From assembly GCF_001194135.2 (NCBI RefSeq), contig NC_068986.1, positions 24,415,663 to 24,479,662 of the forward strand: a stretch of 64,000 nt of DNA, read 5' to 3'. Below are positions 37,634 through 50,154 of this stretch, piece after piece. The position numbers were made by a program, and so were the translations under genes. Numbering within the stretch: position 1 is the first letter of the stretch; the number at the start of each line of letters is the position of its first letter. Below the pieces are notes generated by a model. That model was given only the letters and a program-made list of their open reading frames with translations, was not told where the DNA came from and searched no databases. Origin of the DNA: Octopus bimaculoides (taxonomy: Eukaryota).

Positions 37634-37847
37634 ATGTTTGTGTTCGATTCCCCACCATCGCTTGACAACCGATGCTGATGTGTTTACGTCCCCGTAAATT
37701 AGTGGTTCGGCAAAAGACATCGATAGAATAACTAGGTAGGCTTACGAAGAATAAGTTCCGGGGTAGATTTGTTCGACGAAAGGTGGTGCTCCAGCATGGC
37801 CGCAGTCAAATGACTGAAACAAATAAAAGAATAAAAGAATAAACGAA
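37397..37847 (+). mobile_element. SINE family A, full length, tRNA-like head, internal (CA)(TA)n(TG)n tract, AAAGAAT-type tail
   Basis: Box A-like TGGTTGTGTGG and box B-like GGTATCAGTCCC; colinear with the minus-strand copies at 20841-21217 and 53738-54133. Confidence 0.9.
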
Positions 37848-37906
37848 TAATAATGATCAATACCACAGATTTGCTTATTAGTTGCTTTATTATTATTATT
37901 ATTATT

Positions 37907-38103
37907 CAGTAGTTTTACTTTTATAACGTGCTTTCACTTCACTACCGAGCGCAGCTCTGTGCGCCTTGGGTATGTGCTGTGGTTTGCTGTGGTGCTCTTA
38001 TGTTTACTGTATTGAAAGTGTTTTGCGTAGAATGTGTGCAGTACCCAGTAGTGCAATTTTCTGTATGTTATATATATTTGTAAGTCCTGGTGTTTTTGTT
38101 ATG

Positions 38104-38107
<4 letters not shown>
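37907..38107 (-). mobile_element. 5'-truncated R4/Dong-clade LINE 3' end embedded in (TAA)n
   Basis: Open minus frame 38107-38004 reads KYITKTPGLTNIYNIQKIALLGTAHILRKTLSIQ* (R4/Dong C-terminal QKxALLGTAxILRK), then about 100 nt of 3' UTR. (ATT)n at 37888-37906 and 38108-38135. Confidence 0.85.
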
Positions 38108-38135
<28 letters not shown>

Positions 38136-38425
38136 GCCTTTGCACAGCTTCTAACGCTGGAGATGTACTACGGTGTCAGTTATTCACTACTTTAGTTCAC
38201 TGGTATGTCTGAATTTCTCTTGGAGAAGCTGCTATGCTTAGCTCTGAAAAACATGGAGAAGGACACTCACTCTATTTCTTTCTTCACAGAAATGGAGCAG
38301 GTTTGAGCGAAGAATCTGCGAACTCGTGCGAAGAGAAAGATAGTGATATACGCATAAAACCATCCAAGAAGATTTCAAGCTATCTTTAGGCGTTTTCTTA
38401 GTATTTCCGTTGTGTCTTTTGAAGA
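38136..38425 (-). mobile_element. Possible second, older R4-type 3' end whose (TAA)n tail hosts the previous element
   Basis: Minus strand LQK...TTEILRKRLKIA* (stop 38375-38377) resembles GTAHILRKxLSI*, followed by about 240 nt and then (TAA)n. Confidence 0.35.
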
Positions 38426-39364
38426 AAACATTACTAGATCACGATAGAAGAGGTTTCACTTGGTGCTTGTATGTTGTCTAATCAAATACCACCACAAGCG
38501 TCTTTTACTTTTACTCCTTCTATCCAAATGCAGTAGTGGATCAAATCGCCAATATCTCGCTCTAGAAGATATGAACATTTATTCCTATATTAGAAAGCAA
38601 ATTACTTTTAAGCACGCGAAATATCCTTCAGAGACTTTGCCGTTCATTCATCTGCTAACGATAAAATAAATACCAGCCAAATATGGTGCCTGATTCAATC
38701 GACTTTTCCTTCCTAGAAATTGTTAACATTTTACCAAAGTTATAAATCGATATTCCTTTGTTATTTCCACTTTGAAAGACTCGCAATGCATTATAGATGA
38801 TTATAGATGCTAATCAGGAAAATATAAATAAAACATGCACTCAAGTAGAATTCAAATATCAAGATTTTATTCCCAAGGTTTGATGAATGCATATATTTAT
38901 AAATTATATAAGAGAAGAATTGAAATTACAAAATTTACGAAACAGATGTGAAATTTATGCAACACTGATACAGAAAATCTAATGCTTCTACCAGAATTCT
39001 TGAAACATATTTCATTCTATATATCTACACTTATGAACAGTTAAATAACCTTTCAAAAGTGAGAATTTCTAAGCAAATGCAAATTACATACAATGTACAC
39101 GCAGCAAATATAAATGTTAAAATATATGTGCAGATCGTTATGGGATTTAATACTCTTTAGAATCGCGTAAAAAGTTTTGTTAGATATATGCACTGGGGCT
39201 CACTAAATGATAAGAATAGAAAGAAAAGAAAACATTTGTCAGTTACAAATATATCATCTGTATGTATCTCAAATCTGATGCAGTTATATATTGTCTTAAG
39301 ACACAATATAGAAACTGCACTAGATCACAGATACGTATAAAAACACATACACATACAGGTTCAG

Positions 39365-39510
39365 ACGTAAGTGTGCAGCAAGAAGTAGTTTAGGGTTCAG
39401 TCCCACTGCTTGGCACCTTGGGAAAGTGTCTTCTACTATGTTCACGAGCTACCTAAAGCTGTGCGTGTAGCTTTGCTTGAAAGAAACTGAATGAAGCCCG
39501 TTGTACATAT
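39365..39510 (+). mobile_element. SINE family A 5' half, degraded
   Basis: gggttcagtcccactgcttggcaccttgggaaagtgtcttctactat...gaaactgaatgaagcccg. Confidence 0.65.
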
Positions 39511-39879
39511 GTGGGGGTTCGTGTGCGTGTGTGTGGTGGTACGTTCTCACACTCTACAAGGTGGGATAAATTCATTTATTTTATCATTAATAATGAAATT
39601 CATGGGTAAGCAACCTGGTTTGGTGGTTTGGTATTCGAGAGCCCTCTCTAGCATGTAAGGAGTCCACATGGTAGTCTCCTCTCCGGGTATAAATTCTTAT
39701 ACACAATTATATTATAAAAATATTTATGGCTTCTGACTTTTATTACGCATGCTAATCACAAGTATACATTATTTATTTAATATTTTTTACCCTGTTGAAT
39801 ATTTAAATTCTTCGGCAGATAACACTCGGTTTAATTCATTCACTGCTGTACTAGTCTGGCTCTGCATGTTAGTTGAGGG

Positions 39880-39966
39880 CATACAACCCCAGGCCATACA
39901 ACCCCAGGCCATACAACCCCAGGCCATACAACCCCAGGACATACAACCCCATGCCATACAACCCCA
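39880..39966. repeat. 15-bp minisatellite (CATACAACCCCAGGC), about 5.8 copies
   Basis: Units start at 39880, 39895, 39910, 39925, 39940 and 39955; the later units carry single substitutions. Confidence 0.97.
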
Positions 39967-40009
39967 CATCACCAATATGTGGGAAACAACGATACGGGAG
40001 TATGAGGGG

Positions 40010-40830
40010 AGAGAGAGAAAATCCTCAATGCTCATATGACGATGTCGTCAAACATCCTAGGGACAAAAACGCGCACGGCCAACAACTTTCAAGCCACTAA
40101 TAAAAATATCCCGGCACTGTATGGACTGCACAATGACAATAAGATGACCACTGACCCAGTGACAGGACCACCTACGAGATCGGTCTGCGGAGCCAATGTT
40201 GCCCACAACTACCGGAACTCCTATTTCCTCTCAAGGATCATACGCCCTCTGATAAAAATGTCCCCAGATGTGTGTGACGGCACAGAGGAACTCCTCAGCA
40301 GAATAAATGAGTGCAACTATGCCTACGACCTAACGGAATGCATAATACGCAGTATGGACATAGTGTCCATATATACATCCATTGATGTTGATATAGATGT
40401 GGAGAAATGTGTGGAGGGGATCAGCGATTGCGATATCGAGTTTCGTGGTGATGACACAGAAGAACTTGGCCTCCTCCTACCATGACTTCTATGGCCAAGA
40501 CGACCTCTATAGGAAGATGGAACGGGTGGACCAGAGCTTACGGACCCCCGTAAAAAAATGATCAGGTTAAAAAGTTTGTCGTACATGCGGTGGGTACGAG
40601 TACCAAGACCACACTCAAGGGCCATATACTCAAGTTTGATAACAAGATATACGCCCAAGAGGACGGTGCAGCCATCGGTGTCACTATCGCTAGCGATGTG
40701 GCTAACTTATTTATGGTATGGCGGGATTGGAAACTCGAAAAGAAATTAGCAGAGAACCTCATAAACCCAAACATGTACACCCGCTATGTGGAAATAGGGA
40801 TCGGCGTCGTATGATTCCAAGAGGTCTGAG
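40010..40830 (+). pseudogene. Penelope-like retroelement reverse transcriptase fragment (frameshifted)
   Basis: IPALYGLHNDNK...PPTRSVCGA...SYFLSRIIRPL...MDIVSIYTSID, then KFDNKIYAQEDGAAIGVTIASDVANLFM...MYTRYVE, corresponding to the Penelope RT motifs PxLYGLxKxHK, PxRPV, DVxxLYxSI, YxQxxGxAMG..A..FM and RYVDD. Confidence 0.85.
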
Positions 40831-42099
40831 AAAAAGATGGCATTATTGTAGAAGTAATAGGGAGGCAGAGGAGTCAACGCGTCGGTAGGTCAGTGACTTG
40901 AGCATCTTTGAGGGTGACTGCTAGAAATGGTAACCAAATCCTCCTCGAAAGCCGTTGTCTTTAAGGAAGTGTGACAAACAGAATAACGCAATGCAAGTTA
41001 CATAATACACTAAAAGTGAACAGGCAGACGATAGCCAGAACCATTTTGAACTTAGTCAACATGATGACTCAGACTGATAGAAATAGACACCAAAACATCG
41101 TCAAATGAATCTTTATTTTCTTGGATAATCTAGTTCTAGATATAAGACTTTTGCCATAATGATGTAGGGACATGATTGGAAAACTTTCGGATATAAGCCG
41201 GTTCTCTTAAGATTGACATGGGGTTAAACAACAGCGAAAATATTATTTGTTCTCAATTAAATTTAATGTTGTTCATATTTGCATATGATTACAAAAAAAA
41301 AGAAAAGATAGAGAAAAATGTACTACGTATTTGAATAGTTTTCATGTAGATCTTAAGAACAGTTCTACTAGAAACCAGTGCGCTTGAAAATAATTCGTAA
41401 GTAAATAACCACAGCTAAATATGAAGCGTTCTTTATAAATATTAATGTCGGTATTGTCACGAAATATCCTCACTTGATTAAACGAATATATAGCAATTCC
41501 CCATTGAAGTGTGGTGATGTCAAGACTATCTTTTATTACTGAATACATTTTAAATCGTCTAGTTGACCGTAACTAACATTTAAAGTTACAATGCCTGGAT
41601 AGTAAGCTCTTAGAATGGAAATCAGTTCACCACAAAGTGTCTGTGATTTTCATTTTCTGCCGAGAGAATTGTAATTACAATACATTCAGTAGAAAGCAAT
41701 TAATATTACAACATCAATAGGCCGGGAGCTTTGACTTTATATTTATATATGTATGCAAGTATATGTATGTATGAATATATGTATGTATATGTATATACAT
41801 TTATGTATATAGGTATATATGTATGTATGTATTGATACGAACGTACATACTGTATACATTTATATTTCTACAAACACATACAAATAGAAATGTGAGGCAA
41901 CGAATATTAAGAGCTTATAAAGCTACATCTTATATAGTGTAATTGCAAATATCTAACGAAATTAAATTTCCCAATTATATAAAATACAATCTCATGAACT
42001 TGGAAATTCATATAAATTAATGAATTCTTACGATGGAAAATTGCTGTACATTTTCAGAGGTGGTGATATGGCTGATTGAATTTATACACTACATTACTA

Positions 42100-42905
42100 G
42101 GGATCGAATTATAGACGAATTTATGAATGGAAACACCCGACTACAGCAGCATTTTAAAAGGTGGTGCATAAGAACGAATCAAACGTCCTTCAATACGATT
42201 AACCTCAGACCAAAAGTGGTCTTACACTTCCGTGAATAAAGTTTTTATTATTTAAATGACAGTCTATCTCTGTTGGTTTTCGTTCCCTGCATGATACCCT
42301 TGACTTCGGTACTCAGGAAAATAAACTTGGGGTACCAGCTAAAGCAAAAATCTCAAACAATTAACCACCTCATTGATTTGAAACTGTATGGCAAAGATGA
42401 GACACAAGTGAGTTCCGTGGTGAACATGGTCCTCTGTTTTAGTATTGATATTAGAATGGAATTTGAACTCAAGAAGTGCGAAGTAATTTATCTAAAGAGA
42501 GGCAAGGTAAGTCCATAGCAGGAATAGAATAGCCCGACAAATATATATAAACACCATCCTGAAGCTGTGACTGAAGAGAAAGTGTATCGATTCTCTGAGA
42601 CTTCTCCGTACATACCGACAAAACTATAAAAGCTAATAAACCGGATATCATTATAAAAGATCAGACAAAGAAGATGTGTTTATTAATTGACATGAGTATT
42701 CCTTGAGATCATAATATAGCGGCGAAAGAATTTGAAAAGATCAGTAAATATAAAGACTTGCTAATAGAAATTGAAAAATGTGGTATCTCAAGGCGACTAC
42801 CGTACCAGTGATTCTAGGATCTCTAGGAATGGTTAAAAAATGGTTCTGAAACCTATTTGAAAATGTTACCAGGGTTACCATCGTGCAAAAAATCGTCTTA
42901 ACTGA
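42100..42905 (+). pseudogene. R4/Dong-clade LINE remnant: RT domain fused, via internal deletion, to a restriction-like endonuclease
   Basis: DSLSLLVFVPCMIPLTSVLRKINLGYQLKQKSQTINHL-IDLKLYGKDE...FSIDIRMEFELKKC (QGDSLSP...INHLxYMDDLKL), then DFSVHTDKTIKANKPDIII...LIDMSIP*DHNIAAKEFEKISKYKDL...VPVILGSLGMV (PD..D/ExK endonuclease). Confidence 0.9.
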
Positions 42906-42914
42906 AGAGTAAAA

Positions 42915-43255
42915 GAATACCTATTGTCATAGTGGCCCTACGAATGATAGCAAAAGGGGCTGATTCCTTCCTAACTCACATACCAGGAAACATCAAAATG
43001 GCAGAAATTCAAAAGATAGTGCTCATGAGAACTGCCCACATCCTACATAAAATACTTTCTATGTAATGTCAAATTCTAAAACAAACACATAATTTTCTTA
43101 TGATCTCTTAAACATTCTCTAGAACAACATTATATACAAAACCAAATACATGGCACCCTAGGCGTAACACCATCACGAATTTCTATCTTGAAGTCTCTGG
43201 GTGACACTTGGAGCCAACTTGTACAAATGCAAAGCAAAAGTCAAACATGCCTATA
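42915..43255 (+). mobile_element. Second R4/Dong subfamily 3' end (C-terminus plus 3' UTR), in tandem
   Basis: IVIVALRMIAKGADSFLTHIPGNIKMAEIQKIVLMRTAHILHKILSM* (stop 43064-43066) re-covers the same C-terminal segment with different sequence; the 3' UTR matches 37151-37260. Confidence 0.85.
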
Positions 43256-44869
43256 GCCCACGTGACTATATATCGCCAAAAGTAACATCGCTGCCTATAA
43301 CCTTACTGTGGTTGCACCACAAATACTAGCACCATCCAGGGATCGATATCTCTACGGATGTCTGTGATGGTGACCCTTGTACTTTCTCATTCCAAATACT
43401 ATAGGAGCAGTGGAAGAGCAGGTATATCTCATATTGTTTGTTTAGCCCGTTGCATCATTAGTCGATGTTATTGCAGATATAGTAACTTTACTGCCTCTTC
43501 ATTTTGGGGCTTTTTCCAGCAGCAAATGCCTAGCTCCAAGTGCACTTACTACTTCTCCACTCATGAGTACGCCGCTAAGGAAAGACAAGTGAATACGTTC
43601 GCAGTAGCCATAAAGCTGCGAGGAATACTATATCTTAGTTAAGTATAACCGGACACATCTTCCTTAGGGTATCTTCCTCCACATTTTCTGAGCAGAGTTA
43701 TTCTTTTATCCCTTTTTAAAGCTCAATAAATTAGCCTAAAAGACGCCCGGGTTTTATTGTTATAGTATGTATGTATTGTGCAAAGTCAGTCCCATTCTCT
43801 CGTCCTTCAGATTTGTATTACTCTGGTGCAGCAAGTGCCACGAGTCCAGTGGTTAACAGGATGCAGGATTTGCATTTGGTTATCTTTTCTTAGATGAGGA
43901 GCTAAAATGCTGAAGGGTCTTCTCTGGCATGGGTCCGTAGATGTGCCTGTGAATGACTTACTTCCAAAGGCAATTCCGTGACATGTTAATTACTCAATAG
44001 CTGAGATGTTGACAGTTACTATCACATTGAGTCAGATTAGCTGAGGGGACAATTGTGGCTGAGAAATGATTCTACATTCCTCAAAATCCTGAAACTCCAA
44101 AACTAATGCCTTACTACCTAGATGTAGCTTAAAATCACATCCAGGAATATACTATTTAAGTATCAGAAGGCAATCATTTTACCCTACAATCTAACTATTT
44201 TCCCAACCCAGGAGATGTTCAATAGTTTTTTAAATAGGTACATTAGCTAATATCAACAAGCTCCCATTCTTCGATAATGATGTGGAGACGTTGTGCCGCA
44301 TTACTTGTAATAGATGTGCGTCAGTCTTAATTGTGTTATTTATGAAAACGAAAATTGTGGTTGTGACATCAAAATGAACCTCCAAGTTCTACATCTCTGA
44401 AGACAAGGGCGAGATAATCTACAAATTAATGTAGATGTTAGTCACATGAATACAACTGTGTTGTGTCAAATTCATCAAGACTAAAATAACGGAAGTATAC
44501 AATCTTCATTCATTTAACTGTGGGTATTATATTCACATACATAAAAAATTTACAAGAATATGCTTATGAACGCAAACATAACATATACAATCATACATAA
44601 TAACATAGACATGCATCCTCGTATAGGAATATAAAGTAGGTTTGTGTGCACGCTTGTGTATGCCTGTATATCTGAATTTGTGCATGCATCAATCTGTATT
44701 TCCATGAGAGTGAGTATACATACACAAAGTTAATCACTGACAAAATGAAGCTTATATTCATTCACAATTCGACGTCTGATAAAATTGACGAGACACAGTT
44801 TTTATTCATGTGAGTTGTATCTGTAGAAATACTTACATATAAAGCTTTCTTTACAAAGATACATTCGTA

Positions 44870-45071
44870 GGCATACACATACACACATACGCATGTATGT
44901 ATCTATGTATGTATGTATGTATGTATGTATGTATGTATGTATGTATGTATGTATGTATGTATGTGTATGTATATATATGTGTATGTATATATATGTACGT
45001 ATATACATATGTATGCATGTACGTATGTATATATATATATATATGTGTGTGTATACATATATGTTTGTATT

Positions 45072-45104
<33 letters not shown>

Positions 45105-45141
45105 ATGTATATGTATATATATATATGTGTGTGTATGTATG

Positions 45142-45187
<46 letters not shown>

Positions 45188-45210
45188 TGTATGTGTTAAT
45201 ATATGCATGT
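44870..45210. repeat. Compound (TATG)n/(TA)n/(TG)n microsatellite
   Basis: Direct reading. Confidence 0.95.
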
Positions 45211-48200
45211 AGAGCTAGTTCGTTCGGCGTTATGTTTTATTTTCTCTTCGTTCAGTGTCATGATGTCATTGCATTTCGATGATGACGATAAACATAGAGG
45301 AAATGACAGAAAGTGGCTTGCGAATTATTTCAGGTTTATCTTTATTATCTTTGTCATTGTTATTGTTGCTGTCATACTCATCAACTTGGTCGTAGTCAAT
45401 ATCGCCATTCTAATCATAGATGCCTGACGGAAACATTAATCCCATCCTGTCTCAATGAAATTTAGTCTTAATGGATTCTTTCTCAATACATATTTGTTCC
45501 CCAGTGAATTCTATCTTAATACCACATTTCCTGATAGACATTGTAGCTATTGTTTATATAATAGCTGTAAAACTGAAGTAGTTTCGCAAATTATTTGAAC
45601 ATATGAGAATAGCATTGGTTCGAGGGTAATTGTAAGTGTGTCTTAGTTTCATTGTCAAATTGAATATATAATGGCAACATTTTATTAGTTTTCCTTATAG
45701 TTTGCTTGCCAGTTGGAACATATTATAGCCATTTTGATTAGGTTGTTGTGTTGCAGATGATTGCTGTATATCTTCATTATGTTTTCATAATATATGTTTC
45801 TTTCATTCACTTATGTTATCGTATTTATGAGACGTGAGATATTGTAACAGTCATGCATTTATTAAGAACATTCTAGAATTTAAGAAATCAGTTTTAACTG
45901 GTCATCAAAATTATGAGAGGAAATCTCAGCAATAACCTATCACTATGTAATGGCTGCTTTTCAGAGCCGCAGCAAGGCTAATAAACTACAATTTATAACA
46001 AATAGAATATATGTACCCATACAGACACGGACCCACTGGGGCTTCCTTGTGCGAATAACAATCTTATTGTGCTCGAGTGTCCATGCAAAGTACTGACCAA
46101 CACTTTCATTATAACCTTAGGTTTAGAATTTATTAGATTTGAAATTAGAAGGTGTGACGTCCATACCACTCACTAAAGAAATAGCCTTAACTGTGAATAA
46201 AACATATCAGTAACTTTTCTTTCTAGTGCTGTTCGTTTTGTTGAAATAATTAAATGCAAATGAAATTGGAATGTATGAAAGGAAGGTTTAAATCTTCACA
46301 CGTATCTCCATAATAATCTAGAAGAAAGTTAAGGTAGTCTCATGAAGAAGCACGAATTTATATTCCATGAAGAATCCATAAAGAATCGGAAATTTAATGA
46401 AGAGCAATGAAATTTGTTTAAGTATATAGAGATGTCGATAAACGAAGCCATTTCGATTTAGGCATGAGGAAAGTACCGAATGATAAAACGTGATGAATTA
46501 CCGAAAACGAACATATTGAAACCAAGTCTTCAATATTAAAAGAAATGATGAAGAACAGAATATATTCAGCAGTACAATTTCAACTATTGAATACCGAAAT
46601 ATATATATTTCATGTTCAGACAGAAATAATTATGTAATTTGCATTCACTAAGACCATCCATTTCCTTTCAAGAAATGCATGGAATTTATTTATAACAATG
46701 ACTAAGATTTTCTAAGAGCGTTTGGTTATTATCATATTATCAGGAGTTAAGATCCGGCATCCACTTGTGACTATTTTGAAAGGTATTGTTTTACTTAACA
46801 TTGCAAAACTGCCTATATTTTGTGAAAGAGTTTCTGTGCTGTAGTCAAGTTACATGTACTTATCGAAACTACTTTTCAAATCTCGCAAGCTCCAGTGCAT
46901 ATGAACTCTTAAATTTTCACATTATCTTGAGGTATATATCAGAAATTGCTCCGTCATTAAATTAATGTTTAACTAAAAGGAAATGATTTTGCTAATGCTC
47001 ATGATATTTCATTGTTCGTCACGATATGACCAAAAGTTTATTTGTTTTCTCTCATGCGGTAGTTTATTTGGAGAATAAAATTTTCGAACTCTGTATCTCT
47101 CTCTATACGCACACATAAATATACAGATGTACGCATACACCCACCTATACAACAAACACACACACACGCATAGACACACACACACATCATGTGTGTGTGT
47201 ATGTGTGTATGAGAGAGAGAGGGAGATTGTGTATATGCCTGTGTATATATCTTTGTAGAGGCAACGTTACTTTACATTATGAATAATATATTGTGATGTA
47301 GCATTGTAAAATTATATGACCTCTGCTTTTGTAATAATTTCCGTGAGTTACTTTTACAAGATTAAAAATATTAAAAAAGTTATGCCATAAATTTAATAAT
47401 TTATATATTATACATATGTATTGAAAGGTTGAACTCTAAATTATATATACAAGCGTTAAATTACATTCCTTGCTCCATACGTGTGATGCGATGGAAGTCT
47501 TTGATGATAGAAATCTTTGACTTCCGGTTCCTAAATTATTGCTTTTTAAAATAACCGATTCCATCATTTTCCCCGAAATTATTAAGCATGCCATCGTTTA
47601 TTTCCAGTTTTCTTGTTTCTAATTCAAATTCTTTTATATGTATCAACTGCAATTCAGTAACATCTAAAGCCATGTACAGCAGCTAATGTTTAATATCTTG
47701 CCTGATATGCTGACATCGTCGTGTTATTGATTGGAAATGTTTGGTGAATATCAAAGTATAAAAAGAAATATCTTAGTTTGGAAACATCTGAGACCCAACT
47801 AAATATCGGATTATCATTACGATGTACAGATTTCGGATCAAAGCGTACGAGATGTTTTATACCAAAAGTTTTATATCATCTGCACCAATATCTTTAACGA
47901 ACAATCAATTTGTGGCTTAAATAGGAAATACCTATCTAGGATTCAAATCTACCTCGAAGGTCAGTTCCAAAGAAGCTTTTTGCTAAACAGCATCATATCA
48001 AATATGTTCTTTTTTATATGGCTATAACTCCCATTTATCTCTAGAGTAATACCTTACCCACTGCTACCTTTAACTAAATGTACTTTCCTGCAGAGTGGAA
48101 CACATACGCGTCCATTTATTATGTAGTCTTACAACGTTCAATCTCTGACGATAATTAGCCTAAACGCATGTGGTGAAACAAAAATACTGCCCCGTGAAAA

Positions 48201-48419
48201 TAAATCTTGAAAATATCTTAAAGTTGGCCACTGAAATCATGTAGTATTTGAAATCGCAAGACTGTTACCAAAACATACAAGTAACCTCTTATCCTTAGAT
48301 CTTTTAAACAGTATCGTGGTGTAACTATCAAACATTAGTTCTTAATGTGGCTGAATACTTCTTTTGAGATCTTCTGTAGATATGTTTTCGAATATATACA
48401 TAGATACATTCATTGGTGC

Positions 48420-48770
48420 ATACTAAAATACATACATACGTATGTACATACATACTCATACACACGCGCGCGCGCACAAACACACACACACATACACACA
48501 CACATATATATGCATGCATACATATATGCACACAAACATACGAATATATATATGTGTGTATTGCGTGTGTATGTGTGTGTATAGATAGATAGAAGATAGA
48601 TACACACATACACACACATACATATATATTAATACATACATACATGTATACATACATACATGTATACATGCATACATGTATACATGCATACATACATACA
48701 TACATACAGACATACATACATAATGCATGCCTACATATATACATACATATATACATACATATTTGTATAT
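48420..48770. repeat. Degenerate (TACA)/(CA)/(TA) microsatellite field
   Basis: Direct reading. Confidence 0.9.
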
Positions 48771-50059
48771 AATACATGAGATTCTGCTCATGGGTAGAGC
48801 CATTAGCGAGAAAACGAAAAAAACATTTAACAAAGTAACAATTCTCCAGGAATTCCCTCATCAGCTGTTAATCGAATAAGATATATTATATTTGTGTTTC
48901 AGTGCTAAACCTTTACTTAAATGCGTGCCCTACCACCATTAGGTTTGGTAGGCCCTTAAGGTCATTCAATGTACATGTGTTAATATCAATGTTAGAAGCT
49001 TTCAAAATACATCAAATCATGAGGCTTGTTGCCCTGTATGATAGTAGTGATCAGCAAAGCCACACCATCAACTAAAAACGGCGAAAACGGCAGCAAATAC
49101 TTTAATTCTCTCGTCTTGACAACGTGGAAGATCTTACCGTAACTGCTCATTAATTGTTGATGCACAAGACTTGAGAATACAGAGTCAAAATCAGTCTCCA
49201 AATGCGAGTAAGTTTCAGGACATGACGATGTATACGTATGAAAGCTTTCATCTTATTTACTCACAACTTAAGGAAGTCAGCTACTACGAGGACTTACGAT
49301 CCTATTTTACTGGAAGTAACAAACCCTTTCACGACAAGTAAGACATGAGATAGGAGTATATGTGTTTGACTTCAAACTATCTGCAAACATGTATTTCAAA
49401 ATCAACCAGTCTTGACGGCATTTGTAGAATTTTCTTTATGAAGTCGAAATTTAAGCTTTACTGCAGAAGCTTTAAGATTGTCTTCAATGTATGTATAACA
49501 AGCTCCTCATGGTCGCCGATGAGTATAAAACTCGCGTAAGATGTGTACGTAAATCATAACTCTATAGCCAGCTAAGCTTTACATAGAATTTACAGAACTT
49601 AAAATATTTCTCTGTAGAGCGAAGATGGAATGAATATTGATCAAAAATATCAAAGGTTATGGAAGGACTGATATTGAAATATTCATCGGAATCAAAATAT
49701 TCATGTGTATCTATTTTTCAAATTGAGGAGTCAGGATTTTCTCCTCTCTATCACGAGTTAAAGATAGATACTACAATTCGGTCATGGGCAAGTTCCGGTG
49801 AGCGGGGCTTCCTGAATTGAACACCCTAACAAAAAATTTCCTTCGATTATTTCAGCAATGCAATCAGCTTGAGATTGAGACCAAGGAAGCAATTACAGTG
49901 TAATTTCTTGCGTTCAAAGGACTACAATTTCTTTAATTACTTCCTGTAAAGCATAAGGGGTTTGAATGGAGTAGATACCACTATATTCAGACACTATTTC
50001 AGTATTCTGTTCTTAAGTCACAGGCATAGCTATAGACGTAGGCATGGTTCACAGATGTA

Positions 50060-50152
50060 AGCGCAACTGTATGCTTAAGAAGCTTGTTTTCCTACCATAT
50101 GGTTCCAGGTTCAGTCCTACATATCATCTTGGGCAAATATCGTCTACTATAG
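50060..50152 (+). mobile_element. SINE family A head, truncated
   Basis: tgtatgcttaagaagcttg...ccatatggttccaggttcagtcc...cttgggcaaatatcgtctactatag matches 37408-37497. Confidence 0.6.
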
Positions 50153-50154
50153 TT

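Noticed and set aside
41342-41548. HTSMGNCYIF in a minus frame, like DEG/ENaC GNCYTFN
   Set aside because: An immediate stop follows and there is no usable donor.
48992-49215. Protein-like minus ORF plus consensus donor sites on both strands
   Set aside because: No recognisable homology; acceptors are weak and plus-strand frames are closed.
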